Origin: an uncultured Gemmatimonadales bacterium
Lineage (GTDB): Bacteria > Gemmatimonadota > Gemmatimonadetes > Longimicrobiales > RSA9
DNA: 64,000 bases
Direction: 5' to 3'
Assembly: GCA_963798085.1 (NCBI GenBank)
Contig: CAWCRS010000007.1
Location: 608,001 to 672,000, forward strand
The position numbers and the translations under genes are program-made. This document shows positions 1 through 12,025 of this stretch, one piece after another. The stretch's first letter is position 1; each line of letters opens with the position of its first letter. Under the pieces are notes generated by a model. The model had not been told where the DNA came from. It saw only the letters and a program-made list of their open reading frames with translations, and made no database searches.

Positions 1-553
1 GGCATACTTCTCGAGTCAGCAGCGTGATCGGGTGGGGCTGGTGACGTTCGATCGCGATGTCGTCGACTACGTGCCGCCCTCGGCCAAGCACCTGGATGTG
101 GTGCTGCACACCATCGATCGCATCCGGCCGCAGCGGCCGGGCCTGCTGAAGCCGGCCATCGAACACGCGCTGGGTGCGCTCAACCGCCGCGGCGTGCTGC
201 TGCTCATCTCCGACTTCTACGAACCGCCCGAGCAGGTGCTCGAGGCCGTGCGCCCGCTGCGCTACCGCGGCAACGATGTCATCGTGTTCCACGTGCTCGA
301 TCCCGCCGAGATCGATTTTCCGTACGAAGAGGCCGGCAATTTCGAGGACCTCGAGACCGGCGAGCGTATCCCCATCGTGCCCGCCACACTGCGCGAGAAG
401 TATCACGACCTGGTGATGGCGCACGTGGCGCACCTCAGCCGCAAGTTCGCCGATGATCGCATCGACTACGCGCTGTTCGACACCAGCACGCCGCTCGATT
501 ACGCAATGTTCCACTACCTGAGCAATCGCGTGCGGTTGCTGAAGACACGCTGA
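1..553 (+). CDS. DUF58 / VWA-like protein, 5' end outside window
   Basis: DRVGLVTFD, LLISDFY and HVLDPAE motifs typical of DUF58; followed by BatA/VWA gene as in MoxR-type clusters. Confidence 0.85.
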   Translation, partial: AYFSSQQRDRVGLVTFDRDVVDYVPPSAKHLDVVLHTIDRIRPQRPGLLKPAIEHALGALNRRGVLLLISDFYEPPEQVLEAVRPLRYRGNDVIVFHVLDPAEIDFPYEEAGNFEDLETGERIPIVPATLREKYHDLVMAHVAHLSRKFADDRIDYALFDTSTPLDYAMFHYLSNRVRLLKTR

Positions 554-2640
554 TGCCGCTCTCCTTCCTCGCCCCTGCCTTCTTCGTGGCGCTGGCTGCG
601 CTGGCCGTGCCGCTGATCGTCCATCTGATCCAGCGCGAGCGCAAGGAAGCGGTGCCGTTCCCCTCGCTGATGTTCCTCAGCCAGGTGCCCTACAAGTCGA
701 CGCGCCGGCGCCAGATCCGTAACTGGGTGTTATTCCTCATGCGCGCCGCGGCGCTGGCCATCATCGTGGCCGCCTTCGCGCGCCCGCTGGTGCAGAAGGA
801 CCTGAGCGCCACCAGCCCGCTGGCCGTGGCCCGGGAAGTCGTGATCCTGCTGGACCGCTCCTACAGCATGGGCTATGGCGACCGCTGGGACCGCGCGGTG
901 CGCGCCGCGGGCGGGGCGGTGGACGGCATTGGCGGCGAGGACCGCGCCACGCTCGTGCTCTTCGATGGCGGCGCGGTCGCGCTGAACCAGGCGACGGCGG
1001 ACCGCGCCCAGCTGCACGCCGTGCTGGCGGGCGCGAAGCTGGGCTCGGGTGTGACCCGCTTCGGCCCGGCCATGAAGCTGGCGCAGAGCATCCTCGAGCC
1101 ATCGGACAAACCGCGTCGCGAAGTCATCCTGATCAGCGACTTCCAGCGCGCCGGCTGGGATGGCGGCGAGGGCGTGCGCCTGCCCGTGGGCACGAAGATC
1201 ACACCCATCGCCATCAGTGATGACAAGACGACGGATCTGGCCGTCGCCGGCATTCAGCTGCGGCGCGAGGAAGTGAACGGGCGCGAACGCGTGACCGTCA
1301 TTGCGCGCATCACCAACGCCGGCACGACAGCGGCGGCGGCGGTGCCGGTTTCCATTGACCTGAACGGGCGCGAGCTGCAGACGCGCAAGGTCGATGTGCC
1401 CGCCGGCAATTCGGCATCGCTCACCTTCGACCCGTTCACGGTGAGCGAGCCCAACCTGCGCGGCACGGTGCGTCTCTCGAAGGATGCGCTGCCCGCCGAT
1501 GATGCGTTCAACTTCGTGCTCTCGCCCGGGCAGGCGGTGGGCGTCCTGGTGGCGGACGCCGGGGTCGAGCGCGCCAGCCTCTACCTGCAGCGTGCGCTCA
1601 TGCTCGGCGATCAGCCGGCGTTCCGGGTGGACGTGAAGCGCGCCGCCGCGCTCAGCGCAGCGGACCTGGCCGGCAGGAGCGTCGTTGTCTGGAATGATGC
1701 GGACTTCCCGGGCGGCGACATGGGCCAGAAGCTGCGCACCTTCGTGCGCGAGGGCGGCGGCCTCATTGTGACGCTGGGCCCGCGCGGCAGCTGGGATGCG
1801 GCGAAGGATGTGCTCGGAGGTACGGTCGGGCGTGTGCTGGACCGCGACGATCCGGGCGGCGCGCTGGGGTACATCGACTACACGCACCCGGTCTTCGAGG
1901 TGTTCCGCGCGCCTCGCAGCGGCGACCTCGCGGCGGCCCGCTTCTTCCGCTACCGGCCCTTCACGGCGGAGGGGGCGGCCACCGTCCTGGCGCGTTTCGA
2001 TGATGGATCGCCCGCGCTGATCGAGCGGCATCTCGGAAGAGGCAGGGTCATGAGCTGGTGCGACGACGCTCGATAATTTCTGGAGTGATCTCCCGCTGCA
2101 GCCCGTCTTCCTGCCGTTCGCCCACACGCTGGCGCAGTACGCCGCCGGCTACGTGGAGCCGAACCCGTGGTTCACTGTCGGGACAGGTGGTCGATGTGGT
2201 GGGTCGCTCGACCGTTGCCACAACAGATTCGGCGGCGAGGGATACAACTACGCGGCGCATCGTGCCGCGCGGACTCGTGGCCATCGCGCCGCAGGGCGGG
2301 CACATTCCGGTCGATAACGGCCTGCTGCGTCTGGAGCAGGCCGGGTTCTACGAGGTGCGCGGCGCGGGCAGTGCAGCAGACCGGGTCGTGGCGGCCAACG
2401 TCGACCTGACGGAGGCGGACCTCACGCCCATGGACCCGCAGGAAGTCGTGGCCGCAGTGCAGCCGCGCGGCACACTGGCGCCGGGCGCGGCCGCGGCCAG
2501 GGTACGACCCGAGGATCGCGAGCGCAGGCAGGCGCTCTGGTGGTATCTTCTGATCGTGGCGTTCACGCTGCTCGCGGTGGAGACGGCGCTGTCCAATCGG
2601 CTCGTCCCGCCGCCGGGCAGCCGCAGGCTGAGCGAGGTGA
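553..2640 (+). CDS. BatA N-terminal double-TM + VWA domain membrane protein (frameshifted near 2060 and 2175; 3' end approximate)
   Basis: N-term LAVPLIVHLI...FPSLMFL...AAFARP; MIDAS DRSYS and ILISDFQ; continues in other frames as WSDLPLQPVFLPF and LWWYLLIVAFTLLAVET. Confidence 0.8.
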
Positions 2641-2642
2641 GC

Positions 2643-5600
2643 ATGATCAACCGGGCGAGCATGTCGGCTTCCGCGCACGCACAGCTCTCAACGATCATCG
2701 CGGATATCCGTTCGCGCTGGCGCCTGAAGGTCGCCTTGCGTGGCGCCGCGCGGTCGTCTGCGGCGTCGGCGTCGTCGCGCTGCTGGTTTCCGCGTTCGGC
2801 CTCGAGAAGCTCGGCTTCACGCCGGGCGCCGTGGTCATCGCCTTCCGCGTCGCTGACATGGCTGACGCATCGCCGTGCTCGATCGTGCGCTACCTGATCC
2901 GTCCGCTCATGCGGCGCGTCATCGATGAGACGATCGCGCTCTACCTCGAGGAGCACGAGCCGACGCTTGCAGGCCGCAGTGCTCAGCGCGCTCTCCGTGG
3001 GCGAGCCCGCGAAGGCGGAGGATCGCCGCTCGTGTCCGCAGCGCTCGCCCGCCGCACCATCGAGGATGCCGTGTCCGCGCTGCCACGCGATCGACGACGG
3101 CAGGCGCATCGACGGCCCCGCGATCACCCGCTTCGGCACCGCGCTGGGCGGCGCCGCGGTGCTCGGCATGGCACACTGTTCCTGAGCCCGGCTTCATCCG
3201 CACGGCGCGCGGACCTGCTCAATCCGTTCGCGAGCGCAGCGACGGCGAGCCCGTACGCGATCGAGGTCACACCGGGCAACGTGACCATCCCGCGTGGCGC
3301 TGACCAGTCCGTCACGGCGCAAGCTGCGCGGCTTCACCTCGGAAGCGGCCGAATCGTGGTCAGGACCGGCGGCGACTCCTGCCTTCCAGCGCCTGCCGAT
3401 GAACGCGGCGCGGATTCCGGCAACTTCGAGCTGCTGCTGTTCGCGCTCGACCACAACACGGACTACTACATAGAGTCCAACGGCATGCGCTCGCCCGTGT
3501 TCCACATCACGGTCGCGGACATCCCGTACGTCGAGAACCTGCGCCTCGAATACCATTTCCCTGCGTACACCGGGCTGTCGCCCCAGGTGATCGAAGACGG
3601 CGGCGACATCGCCGGTGCTGCGCGGCACGACCGTTCGCGTGTTCGCAAAGACCACACTGCCCGTGCCCGGTGGCCACATCATCCGCGATGCCGGGCGAGC
3701 CGATAGCGCATGTCACCGGACACCAGCGGGCTGCTGGTCGGTGAGATGCGCGTCGATCAGGACGGCTACTACCACATCGAGCTGACCGGGCGCGAGGGCA
3801 AGCCGGCATCGGGCTCGCCGCAGTACTCGATACAGGTGCTCGAGGACATGCCGCCGATAGTGTCGTTCAACAAGCCCGGCCGCGACACGCGCGTATCACC
3901 CATCCAGGAAGTCTTCGTCGAAGCGAAGGCAGAGGACGATTACGGCATCGCGAAGCTCGAGCTGATCTACTCCGTCAACGGCGGCGCCGAAAAGACGATT
4001 TCGCTGGTCGACACGGACAAGCCGCAGCGGAGACGTGGCCGGCTACACGTTCTACCTCGAAGAACTGGGCCTCAAGCCCGGCGACCTCGTGTCCTACTAC
4101 GCACGCGCGTCCGATAACAACGCGGTTGGACAGAAGAAGACCGCCACCAGCGACATCTACTTCCTCACCGTGCGGCCCTACGACCTGACCTACCGTCAGG
4201 CCGATCAGGCCGTGGCGGCGGCGGCGGCGGGGGACAGCAGCAGCAGCAGAACGGCCGGCTCTCCGATCAGGAGCGCGACATCATTGCCGCCACGTTCAAC
4301 GTCACGCGCGACAGCTCGCACATGACGCGCAAGGAATTCTCGGAGAATCTCGTCACCATCGCGCTGGCGCAGGAAACGCTGCGCGGCCAGGTCGAGACCC
4401 TCGCCGACACGCATGAAGAACCGCGGCATCACCGATGACTCCGTGTTCGCCGCCATCGCGAACATGCTGCCGCAGGCGTCGAAGGAAATGGACGACGCGC
4501 TGAAGAACCTGCGCGCTGAGAAGGCACAGGAAGCGCTGCCCGCGGAGCAGCGCGCGCTGCAGATCCTTTTGCGCGCGGAAGCGCTGTATCGCGATGTGCA
4601 GGTCGCTTTCCAGCAGCAGCAGCAGGCCGGTGGCGGCGGCGGTGGCGGCGGCACGCCCAATGCCGAAGACCTCGCCGATCTGTTCGAGCTGGAGCTGGAC
4701 AAGCTGCGCAATCAGTACGAAACCGTGCAGCGCGGCGAGCGCGATTCCGCGCAGAACCAGGTCGATGAGACGCATCAACCGGCTGAAGGAACTGGCTCGC
4801 CGCCAGCAGCAGGAAAACGAGCGCATGCGCCAGCTCGGCCGCGCCGGCGGCGGCGGCGGCGGTCAGTCCAGCAGCAGCCAGCGCCAGCTCGCCGACTCCA
4901 CCGAGGCCGCTGCGCGTCAGCTCGAGAAGCTGGCCCGCGAACAGTCCAATCCGCAGCTCAACGACATCGCGCGGCGCCTGCGCGAAGCCGCCGACGCCAT
5001 GCGCCGCAGCGCCGCCAACACGCGCAACGGCAACACCGCCGACGGCCAGTCCGCGCTCGACCGGCTCGAGGAGGCGCGCCGTCGCCTGCAGCGCGCGCAG
5101 ACCGGCGCGCTCGCGGATCAGGCGAAGAGCGCGCTGCAGCGCGCCGAAGAGCTGTCGCGCGATCAGAAGGATGTCGCGCGCCAGATGGAAGGCCTCAACA
5201 ACCAGACGGGCCAGGACCGCACCCAGCAGGCCGGCCAGATCATTGAGCGCAAGGACCAGCAGACGGCCGAGCTGGAGAACCTGCAGCACGACCTGAATCG
5301 CATGGCCAGCGAGGCCGGCCGCGACCAGAAGGATGCCGCACGCGCACTGCAGGAAGCCGCCAACGGCATCACCGACAGCCGCGTGCGCGAGAAGATCCGC
5401 TACTCGCGCACCTACACGGCGCCGGGCACGAACCCGGAATACTCACGCGGCCTGGAGCAGGAGATCGGTCAGAACATCGACGGCATCCGTGACAAGCTGC
5501 GTGAAGCCGTGCAGTCCTTCGATCAGGGCGACAAGGCCGACAAGGCGCAGCAGGCCGTGGACCGGGCCCGCGATCTGGCGCGCGGCCTCCAGTCGCTCGA

Positions 5601-6438
5601 AGACCGCACCCGCCAGGCCCAGGACCAGAACGGCCGCCGCCTCGGCGACCGCGCCGGCCGCGACTCGACCGGTCAGAATGGCCAGCAGGGTCAGAATGGC
5701 CAGCAGGGCCAGAACGGCCAGCAGGGGCAGAACGGCCAGCAGGGCCAGAACGGACAGCAGGGCCAGAACGGCCAGCAGGGCCAGAACGGCCAGCAGGGTC
5801 AGAACGGCCAGCAGGGTCAGAACGGCCAGCAGGGCCAGAACGGCCAGCAGGGCCAGAACGGCCAGCAGGGCCAGAATGGCCAGCAGGGTCAGAACGGCCA
5901 GCAGGGTCAGAACGGCCAGCAGGGTCAGAACGGCCAGCAGGGCCAGAACGGCCAGCAGGGCCAGAACGGGCAGCAGGGTGGCAACGGCAATCGCGATGGC
6001 CAGCGGGGCAACGATCAGCGCGGCCTGACACAGGGTTTGCCCGGCGGCCCGGGTGGTGGGCAGGACGCGCGTCCGCGCGGCCTCGCCTCCGACCAGATCC
6101 GCCAGCTGCGTGGTGAAGCCCGTGACCGCCTGGCGGACGCGCAGCGCCTGCGCGACGAGCTGAAGAAGCAGGGCGTGGACACGCGCGAGCTGGACCAGGT
6201 GATCAAGGACCTGCAGTCGCTGGACAGCGATCGTGTGTACGGTGTGCCGGCGGACCTGGCCCAGTTGCAGGCGCAGGTGGTCGACAACATGAAGCAGTTC
6301 GAGTTCCGCCTGCGCCGCCAGCTGCTGGGCGATGACGAAGACAAGCTGCTCCTCTCCGGCTCGGACGAGGTTCCCGAGAAGTTCCGCAAGCTGGTCGAGG
6401 AGTACTACAAGTCGCTGGCGCGCAAACAGCGGAACTAG
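2643..6438 (+). CDS. Large DUF4175-like membrane-anchored coiled-coil protein (several frameshifts)
   Basis: Pieces in ORFs 2058, 2540, 3710, 4035, 4413 and 4594 join into one protein: TM N-term, Ig-like region (YHFPAYTG, AEDDYGI), coiled coil, C-term VPEKFRKLVEEYYKSL. Confidence 0.7.
5671..5976 (+). repeat. 17 tandem 18-bp units encoding GQNGQQ
   Basis: ggNcagaaYggNcagcag repeated; 306 nt = 17 units, variation only at synonymous positions. Confidence 0.95.
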
Positions 6439-6515
6439 CACCAGTCATCTGGTACCGTGTCCCGGTCGCGACGGCCGGGACACGGCCGGACCGGCTCGCC
6501 TAACACACCATTTCC

Positions 6516-7405
6516 ATGGCACACATTTTCGGCACGCATCCAGTCGACACGGGCGGTCTGGACATGGCCGTCTACCGCTCGTGGAACGCGGGACTCAGGG
6601 CCGTGCAGATCTTCACGGCCATACCCAAGTTCTACGGCGACAAGTCCACCATCCGCCCGGATCGGGTCGAGCGCTTCCGCGAGGCGCTGGCGAAGACGGG
6701 CATGAAGCCGGAGCACGTGATGGTGCACGCGGCCTACGTGCTCAGTGTGGCGACCGCCGATCCCGCCATGTGGGAGCGGGCAAGCGCGGGCCTGGCGAAG
6801 GAAATGGAGCGCTCCACCGAGCTCGGTGTTGGCCAGGTCTGCTTCCACCCGGGCTCGGCCAGTGATGGCGATCCGAGGGCGGCGGCGAAGCGCGTGGCCC
6901 ATGCCATGGTGGTGGCGCTCGAGCGCGTGCCGCCCGGCGTGCGCCTGCTCGTCGAAAACACGGCCGGCGCCGGCCGCACCTCGGCCGCAGTGCCAGCGAA
7001 GTGGGTGACATCCTTTCGCACATTCCCGCCGCCCTGCGCGCGCGCTGCGGCTACGGTCTCGATACCTGTCACCTGTTCGCCTCCGGCTACGACATCACGG
7101 CGTCGGAGGCGAAGCTGCGCTCGATCCTCGATGAATTCGAGAATGCCGCCGGCGAGAAGCCGTCGTTCTTCCACCTGAACGACAGCGAAGGCGCACTCGG
7201 CTCGAACCGCGACCGCCACACCCTGCTCGGTCGCGGTCTGATCGGCACCGAGCCGTTCCGCTGGCTGTTCGCGGATCCGCGCGCGCTCGGCGTTCCGCTC
7301 ATCCTCGAGACGCCGCAGATCAACGTGGATGTGGCGCGTGATGACCCTTCACCCGATCCGTACGACATCGAGATGCAGGCGCTGCTGGTCTCGCTCACGC
7401 GCTGA
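6516..7405 (+). CDS. nfo: Endonuclease IV (frameshift near 6985)
   Basis: Zn-ligand motifs VHAAY, FHPG, ENTAG, LDTCH, FHLNDS, DRH, LETP across ORFs 6516 and 7001. Confidence 0.9.
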
Positions 7406-7496
7406 GACCGCAGCTTCCCGCCACACGCCGCTCCTGTAACGCGCCCTGCGCGGCGCTCGTCTCATCCTGCAACCCGGGCGCGGGAGCGGACCCCAA

Positions 7497-8138
7497 TTGA
7501 ACCAGACGCACGGGCACATTCCGGAGGAGCCGCCGGTCGCGAGCCGGCCGCCGCCCGGCCCGGACAGCCGCAGTGATGTGCTGGAGACACTCGCGGCCGC
7601 GGCCCGGCAGAGCGGGCAGGCCGATGCCCTGCTGCACGCCATGCGCCCGCTGGTCTACCGCTGGGCGCTGGTGCGCACGGGTAATGCCGACGAGGCGGAA
7701 GACGTCGCGCAGACAGTGCTGCTGCGCGTGCACCGCGGACTGGGCGCGTTCCATGGCCGCTCACGCTTCACCACCTGGCTGTACCGCGTGACCGCTAACA
7801 CGCTGATAGAGCAGCGTCGCAGGCGGGGACTGCTGCAGCGCCTGCGTGAGCGCTGGGGTGGGCTGGCCGCCACGGTGACGCCGGCGGACGACGCCCTGGC
7901 CGTGATCGAGCACGCGGACACGCGTGAGCTGGTGCGCGTGCTGCTGCACCAGCTGCCGGCGGGGCAGCGCGCCGCGTTCGACCTGGTCGACCTGCAGGGC
8001 CACTCGCCTGCGCTGGCGGCCACCATGCTGGGACTGAAGCCGTCCACATTGCGCGTCAATCTGCTGCGCGCGCGACGGGCCCTGCGCCAGCGCATGCTGG
8101 CCGGGTCGGAACAGAAGGGAGAGACGAAGGATGTCTGA
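7497..8138 (+). CDS. ECF RNA polymerase sigma factor (start uncertain)
   Basis: Region 2 DEAEDVAQ...FHGRSRFTTWLYRVTAN; region 4 LPAGQRAAFDLVDLQG...STLRVNLLRAR. Confidence 0.9.
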   Translation: MNQTHGHIPEEPPVASRPPPGPDSRSDVLETLAAAARQSGQADALLHAMRPLVYRWALVRTGNADEAEDVAQTVLLRVHRGLGAFHGRSRFTTWLYRVTANTLIEQRRRRGLLQRLRERWGGLAATVTPADDALAVIEHADTRELVRVLLHQLPAGQRAAFDLVDLQGHSPALAATMLGLKPSTLRVNLLRARRALRQRMLAGSEQKGETKDV

Positions 8139-8604
8139 CGCATGGCGGGAACTGCTCACGGCAGAACCCCACGAGCTGGCGGGAATCGGCGAATCGCCTG
8201 TCGCACGGGCGGTGCGCAATGACGCGGCTGTTCGCGCGGCCGCGGCCCGGATCCTGGACTCCGTGCATGCCATGGATGGCGCACTCCGGTCGCTGGCGGA
8301 TGCCGCACGGAGTGCAGGCGACGACGTCACTTCCACGATCCCGTCCCGCCGCAGCCTCGCCTCGAGGTCTGCGTACTGGCGGCGGGTCACGTGGGCTGCG
8401 GGCACACTCGCGGCGGCATCGCTCACCGCCCTGCTGCTGGTGCCGCGTGTCCTGTCGGGCCCCCGGTCGCCTGCGCACATGACGCCGGCCGAGCGCCCAC
8501 TGACTGCGACCCTGCAGGTCAGGGCGGACCGGTCCTTTGCCGTCTTCGCCACGGACAACCCCGACATCGCCATTGTCTGGCTCTTCAATGCGAGGGAGAG
8601 ATGA
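8131..8604 (+). CDS. Putative single-TM anti-sigma factor
   Basis: Overlaps sigma stop; one central hydrophobic helix; short C-terminal domain. Confidence 0.6.
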   Translation: MSDAWRELLTAEPHELAGIGESPVARAVRNDAAVRAAAARILDSVHAMDGALRSLADAARSAGDDVTSTIPSRRSLASRSAYWRRVTWAAGTLAAASLTALLLVPRVLSGPRSPAHMTPAERPLTATLQVRADRSFAVFATDNPDIAIVWLFNARER

Positions 8605-9089
8605 AACTGACATCCATGCTCCTGGCTGTTGCACTGCTGGCCATGCCAGCGGCCCGGCTCCAGGCGCAGAACACGGCCCCCAGGCCGACCAACGTCCGGC
8701 TCACGTTCCGTCTGATCGAGGCCGACGGCTTCAAGGATGACGATCCGGAGATCCGGCCCGTGGTGGCGGAACTGCGCAAGCTCTTCCGCTTCCAGGGCTA
8801 CAAGCTGATGACGACTTCCATACTCACCGGCACGAGCTGGCCGCCCTCGACGGTGCGCCAGACCGTGGCCGACGACCGTGCGCAGGAATACGTGATCACG
8901 GCGGACCTGCGTGGAGGCACTGCGGAGGAAATCGGCATTTCCGTCAGCCTGACGGGGCTCGGCCACCAGGTACTCATCCAGGCGTCAGTCAACCTGCAGG
9001 ATGGGAAGACCGTCGTGCTCGGCACCGCCCGCGGGACCAGCGGCACCGGCGCGCTCATCCTCACGGTGACGCCCACCATCAATCCCTGA
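8601..9089 (+). CDS. Secreted hypothetical protein
   Basis: ATGA overlap with upstream gene, SD GGGAG, signal peptide MKLTSMLLAVALLAMPAARLQA. Confidence 0.75.
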   Translation: MKLTSMLLAVALLAMPAARLQAQNTAPRPTNVRLTFRLIEADGFKDDDPEIRPVVAELRKLFRFQGYKLMTTSILTGTSWPPSTVRQTVADDRAQEYVITADLRGGTAEEIGISVSLTGLGHQVLIQASVNLQDGKTVVLGTARGTSGTGALILTVTPTINP

Positions 9090-9590
9090 GTCGACGAGGG
9101 GGCGGCCGCGCCCAGCACAGCCGGCCGCCCCGTCGTCGCCTGCGACAGACTCCCACCGTACGCGTCTCCGGCTTCCCCCTGCGCCCCGACCGCAGGCGCG
9201 GCCCGCAACATTTCGTTAGCGGCGAGCGGGCAGCTCATGACAGCTCTTTACACGCATGCATGATCTCGCGTCGCCATGCTCGGCCTGCTGAGCGCCCTGG
9301 CCCGCAGCGGGAAATCCCTCGCCTGTGCCGGTGGGCGGTCCGCACCACGACCTGGAGCGGCCGGCCGCCGAATGGACCGGCAATGACTCGGGCGTGAAAG
9401 GGAGGAATCCCCCGCCATCCATGCTGGCGTGTGGTGCGTTCTCCAGAGAAGTTGCCTGAGCGCGTGGAGGATTTCCTTACCAAGCCTGCGGGCTGACCCG
9501 ACAGCGACCCGGCCGTCAGGCCGTAGGTTTTCATTGCAGGGAACATCTGCGCCCCGGGCCCGAAGGCCTCAACCGGGGCAGGAGGTGACC

Positions 9591-9920
9591 ATGGACACTC
9601 GGAACTCGGCCTGGCCCGCGACACTGCGCTCCTTCACGCAGCGCAATGCCGGCCGGCGAACCGTCATGGAGGAAGACGCGCCGGAGATTGGCGCACAAGA
9701 GGAAGAGACGGACTACCCGTTCTGGGGCGCGACCTTCGACCCGCATGATGGCCGGGTACAGATCATGCTGGGCGAACAAGGCAGTGTAGAACAGCACCTC
9801 ACGCGATCGATCGAGGGTGCCAGCGACATTGGAGTGCTGCGCGATGATGACGGCCGCGACAGAGCGTTGCGGATCGTGCACGATACAGGTCAGACGCTGC
9901 TGCGATTCGTCGATCCCTGA
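9591..9920 (+). CDS. DUF5335-like small protein
   Basis: SD GGAGGT; W...L..FT.RNAGR, HLTRSI, ALRI...GQTLLRF pattern. Confidence 0.7.
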   Translation: MDTRNSAWPATLRSFTQRNAGRRTVMEEDAPEIGAQEEETDYPFWGATFDPHDGRVQIMLGEQGSVEQHLTRSIEGASDIGVLRDDDGRDRALRIVHDTGQTLLRFVDP

Positions 9921-9952
9921 GGGTTCAAGCAATACAGTTGAGCCAGCCGCCA

Positions 9953-11095
9953 ATGGCGCCATCCGACGGCGTGCCCCCCGGGGCCGCCGCTGCCGGCCAG
10001 TCCAGCAACCACTCTGGCGGCGCACACCGCGCGCCGCCGCCTGATCGGCCGGCCGAGCGCGGCGCGCTTGCGCCCGCCCTGCGCATCCCGCTGTTCTACA
10101 AGCTGCTCCTCGCCAACGGCATCATTGTAATCACGGTGGCCGGCGTGAGCGCGGCCCTGTCCAGGCATGTCTCCACCCTGGACCGTCCCGAATCCGCAAC
10201 GACGCCCTTCCTGCTGCTCGCACTGGGCGGCCTCCTGCTGACACTGGTGTTCAATGCCCTGATCGTCTGGCTGGCGCTTTCACCCGTGCGCGCGCTGGAA
10301 CAGGCCGCCGCGCGCGTGCGCTCCGGCGACTACTCGGCCCGCGCCACGGTCACGTCCGTGGCCAATGTGGAACTGGAGCGGCTGGTGGGCACCTTCAATC
10401 AGGTGCTCGACGCCGTGCAGGAACAGAACCGGCGCCTGCGCGAGCTGGCCGGCCGCGTCCAGACCGCCATGGAAGAGGAGCGCCAGCGCGTGGCGAGGGA
10501 ACTGCACGACGGGATCGCGCAATCTCTGGCGGCTCTGACGATCAGGGTCAAACTTGCACGCAACGCCACGGACAACGAAGTTCGGGCGTCCGTGCTCAAT
10601 GAGGTCAGCGGCGGCATCGCGGATGCCATTCTGGAGCTCCGGCGCATGGCGAAGGGCCTGCGGCCGCCGGCGCTCGAGACGCTGGGACTCGCGGCCGCCG
10701 TCGAATCACACGCCCGTGCAGTCGGCGAGAATTGCAATATTGTCGCAGAAATTACAACCGATAACGTTGCCGGGCTGCTCGCACCTGAAAACGAACTGAC
10801 GCTCTACCGGATTCTGCAGGAGAGTCTCTCGAATGTCGTCCAGCATTCGGGCGCGTCCCGGGTCGGGGTCGAGCTTCGGCGCAAGAACGGCAGTGTGCTC
10901 CTTGCAATCGAGGATGATGGCTGCGGCTTCGACACGGCCGTCGTACTCCAGGCCGACCGCAGCCTGGGTTTGTTCGGCATGAAGGAGAGGGCCTACTTCA
11001 TGGGCGGCAGTCTGGAAGTGAGCAGCGAAGTGGGTCGCGGTACTCGAGTGCAGGTCACAGTTCCTGTCCTGGAGGGAACAGCGCATGTCCGATGA
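9953..11095 (+). CDS. Membrane sensor histidine kinase (2 TM, HAMP, HisKA_3, HATPase)
   Basis: EEERQRVARELHDGIAQ, LRPPALETLGL, QESLSNVVQHS, EDDGCGFD, GLFGMKER. Confidence 0.93.
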   Translation: MAPSDGVPPGAAAAGQSSNHSGGAHRAPPPDRPAERGALAPALRIPLFYKLLLANGIIVITVAGVSAALSRHVSTLDRPESATTPFLLLALGGLLLTLVFNALIVWLALSPVRALEQAAARVRSGDYSARATVTSVANVELERLVGTFNQVLDAVQEQNRRLRELAGRVQTAMEEERQRVARELHDGIAQSLAALTIRVKLARNATDNEVRASVLNEVSGGIADAILELRRMAKGLRPPALETLGLAAAVESHARAVGENCNIVAEITTDNVAGLLAPENELTLYRILQESLSNVVQHSGASRVGVELRRKNGSVLLAIEDDGCGFDTAVVLQADRSLGLFGMKERAYFMGGSLEVSSEVGRGTRVQVTVPVLEGTAHVR

Positions 11096-11744
11096 TCTGA
11101 TCCGTATTCTCCTTGCGGATGACCACCAGGTCCTCCGTGCCGGGCTGAAGGCACTGCTCGAAGCGGAGCCCGACATGCGCGTGGTGGCAGAAGCATCAAC
11201 GGGCGAAGAGGCACTCGAGAAGACACGCTTCCTCAAGCCCGATGTCGTGGTCATGGACCTGTCCATGCCGGGCATTGGCGGACTCGAGGCGACGCGCGCC
11301 ATCACCAGCGAAGGCATCGCCAAGGTGCTGGTGCTCACCATGCACGCCGAAGAGGAATACCTGCTGCCCGTGCTGGAAGCCGGTGGCAGCGGCTACGTGA
11401 AGAAGACCAGCGCCGACGTGGACCTGACCGCGGCCATACGCACCGTAGCCAAGGATGAGGTGTTCCTCTATCCCAACGCGGCGAGGCTGCTGCTGCAGGG
11501 CTTCCGCGTGCGCGGTGAAAAGCGCGAGGATGATCCGCTCGACCGACTCACCGAACGCGAGCGCAATGTGCTGACCATGACCGCCGAAGGCTTCAGCTCC
11601 TCCGAAATCGGCGAGAAGCTCTTCATCTCTCCCAAAACGGTCGACACCTACCGCTCTCGCATCATGCAGAAGCTGGAGCTGACGCACCGTTCGGAACTCG
11701 TGCGCTTCGCCCTCAACGCGGGACTGTTGAAGCCGCAGCCGTGA
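11085..11744 (+). CDS. NarL/LuxR-family response regulator
   Basis: LADDH, VVMDLSMP, LTMH; HTH LTERE...EIGEKLFISPKTVDTYRSRIMQKL. Confidence 0.95.
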   Translation: MSDDLIRILLADDHQVLRAGLKALLEAEPDMRVVAEASTGEEALEKTRFLKPDVVVMDLSMPGIGGLEATRAITSEGIAKVLVLTMHAEEEYLLPVLEAGGSGYVKKTSADVDLTAAIRTVAKDEVFLYPNAARLLLQGFRVRGEKREDDPLDRLTERERNVLTMTAEGFSSSEIGEKLFISPKTVDTYRSRIMQKLELTHRSELVRFALNAGLLKPQP

Positions 11745-12025
11745 TCGCACAGGCTGCGCGCCCGTCTCCCGCACCCTGAGCCGTCGCACCCGACCAACAC
11801 CGGAGCCGGTGACGCGGAATCGTCGCCCGCCCCAACACGTCGTTAGACGGTCACCCGCTCCCGCACGGACCAGACCACGAGGAGAAACGCCTTCCCCGAA
11901 GCCGGGCATGCCGGGCAGCCGGTCCCGGGCATGCGCGGGCGTCCCATCCGCGCCCTGTTCCCCAGCCCCGGCGCGGGCCCCAGCAACGCCGCTCCGCCCA
12001 GGCAAACGACGGGCAGCCGGCAAGC

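Noticed and set aside
2058..2897. Apparent fusion of BatA C-terminus to next gene
   Set aside because: SD-like GAGGTG plus ATG at 2643 and dense local indels suggest two genes
5671..5976. Tandem repeat as CRISPR array
   Set aside because: No spacers, in-frame coding, no cas genes
11196..12025. C-terminal extension of the 743-aa cytochrome ORF over the response regulator
   Set aside because: Artefact of the frameshift near 12220; true end is at 12026
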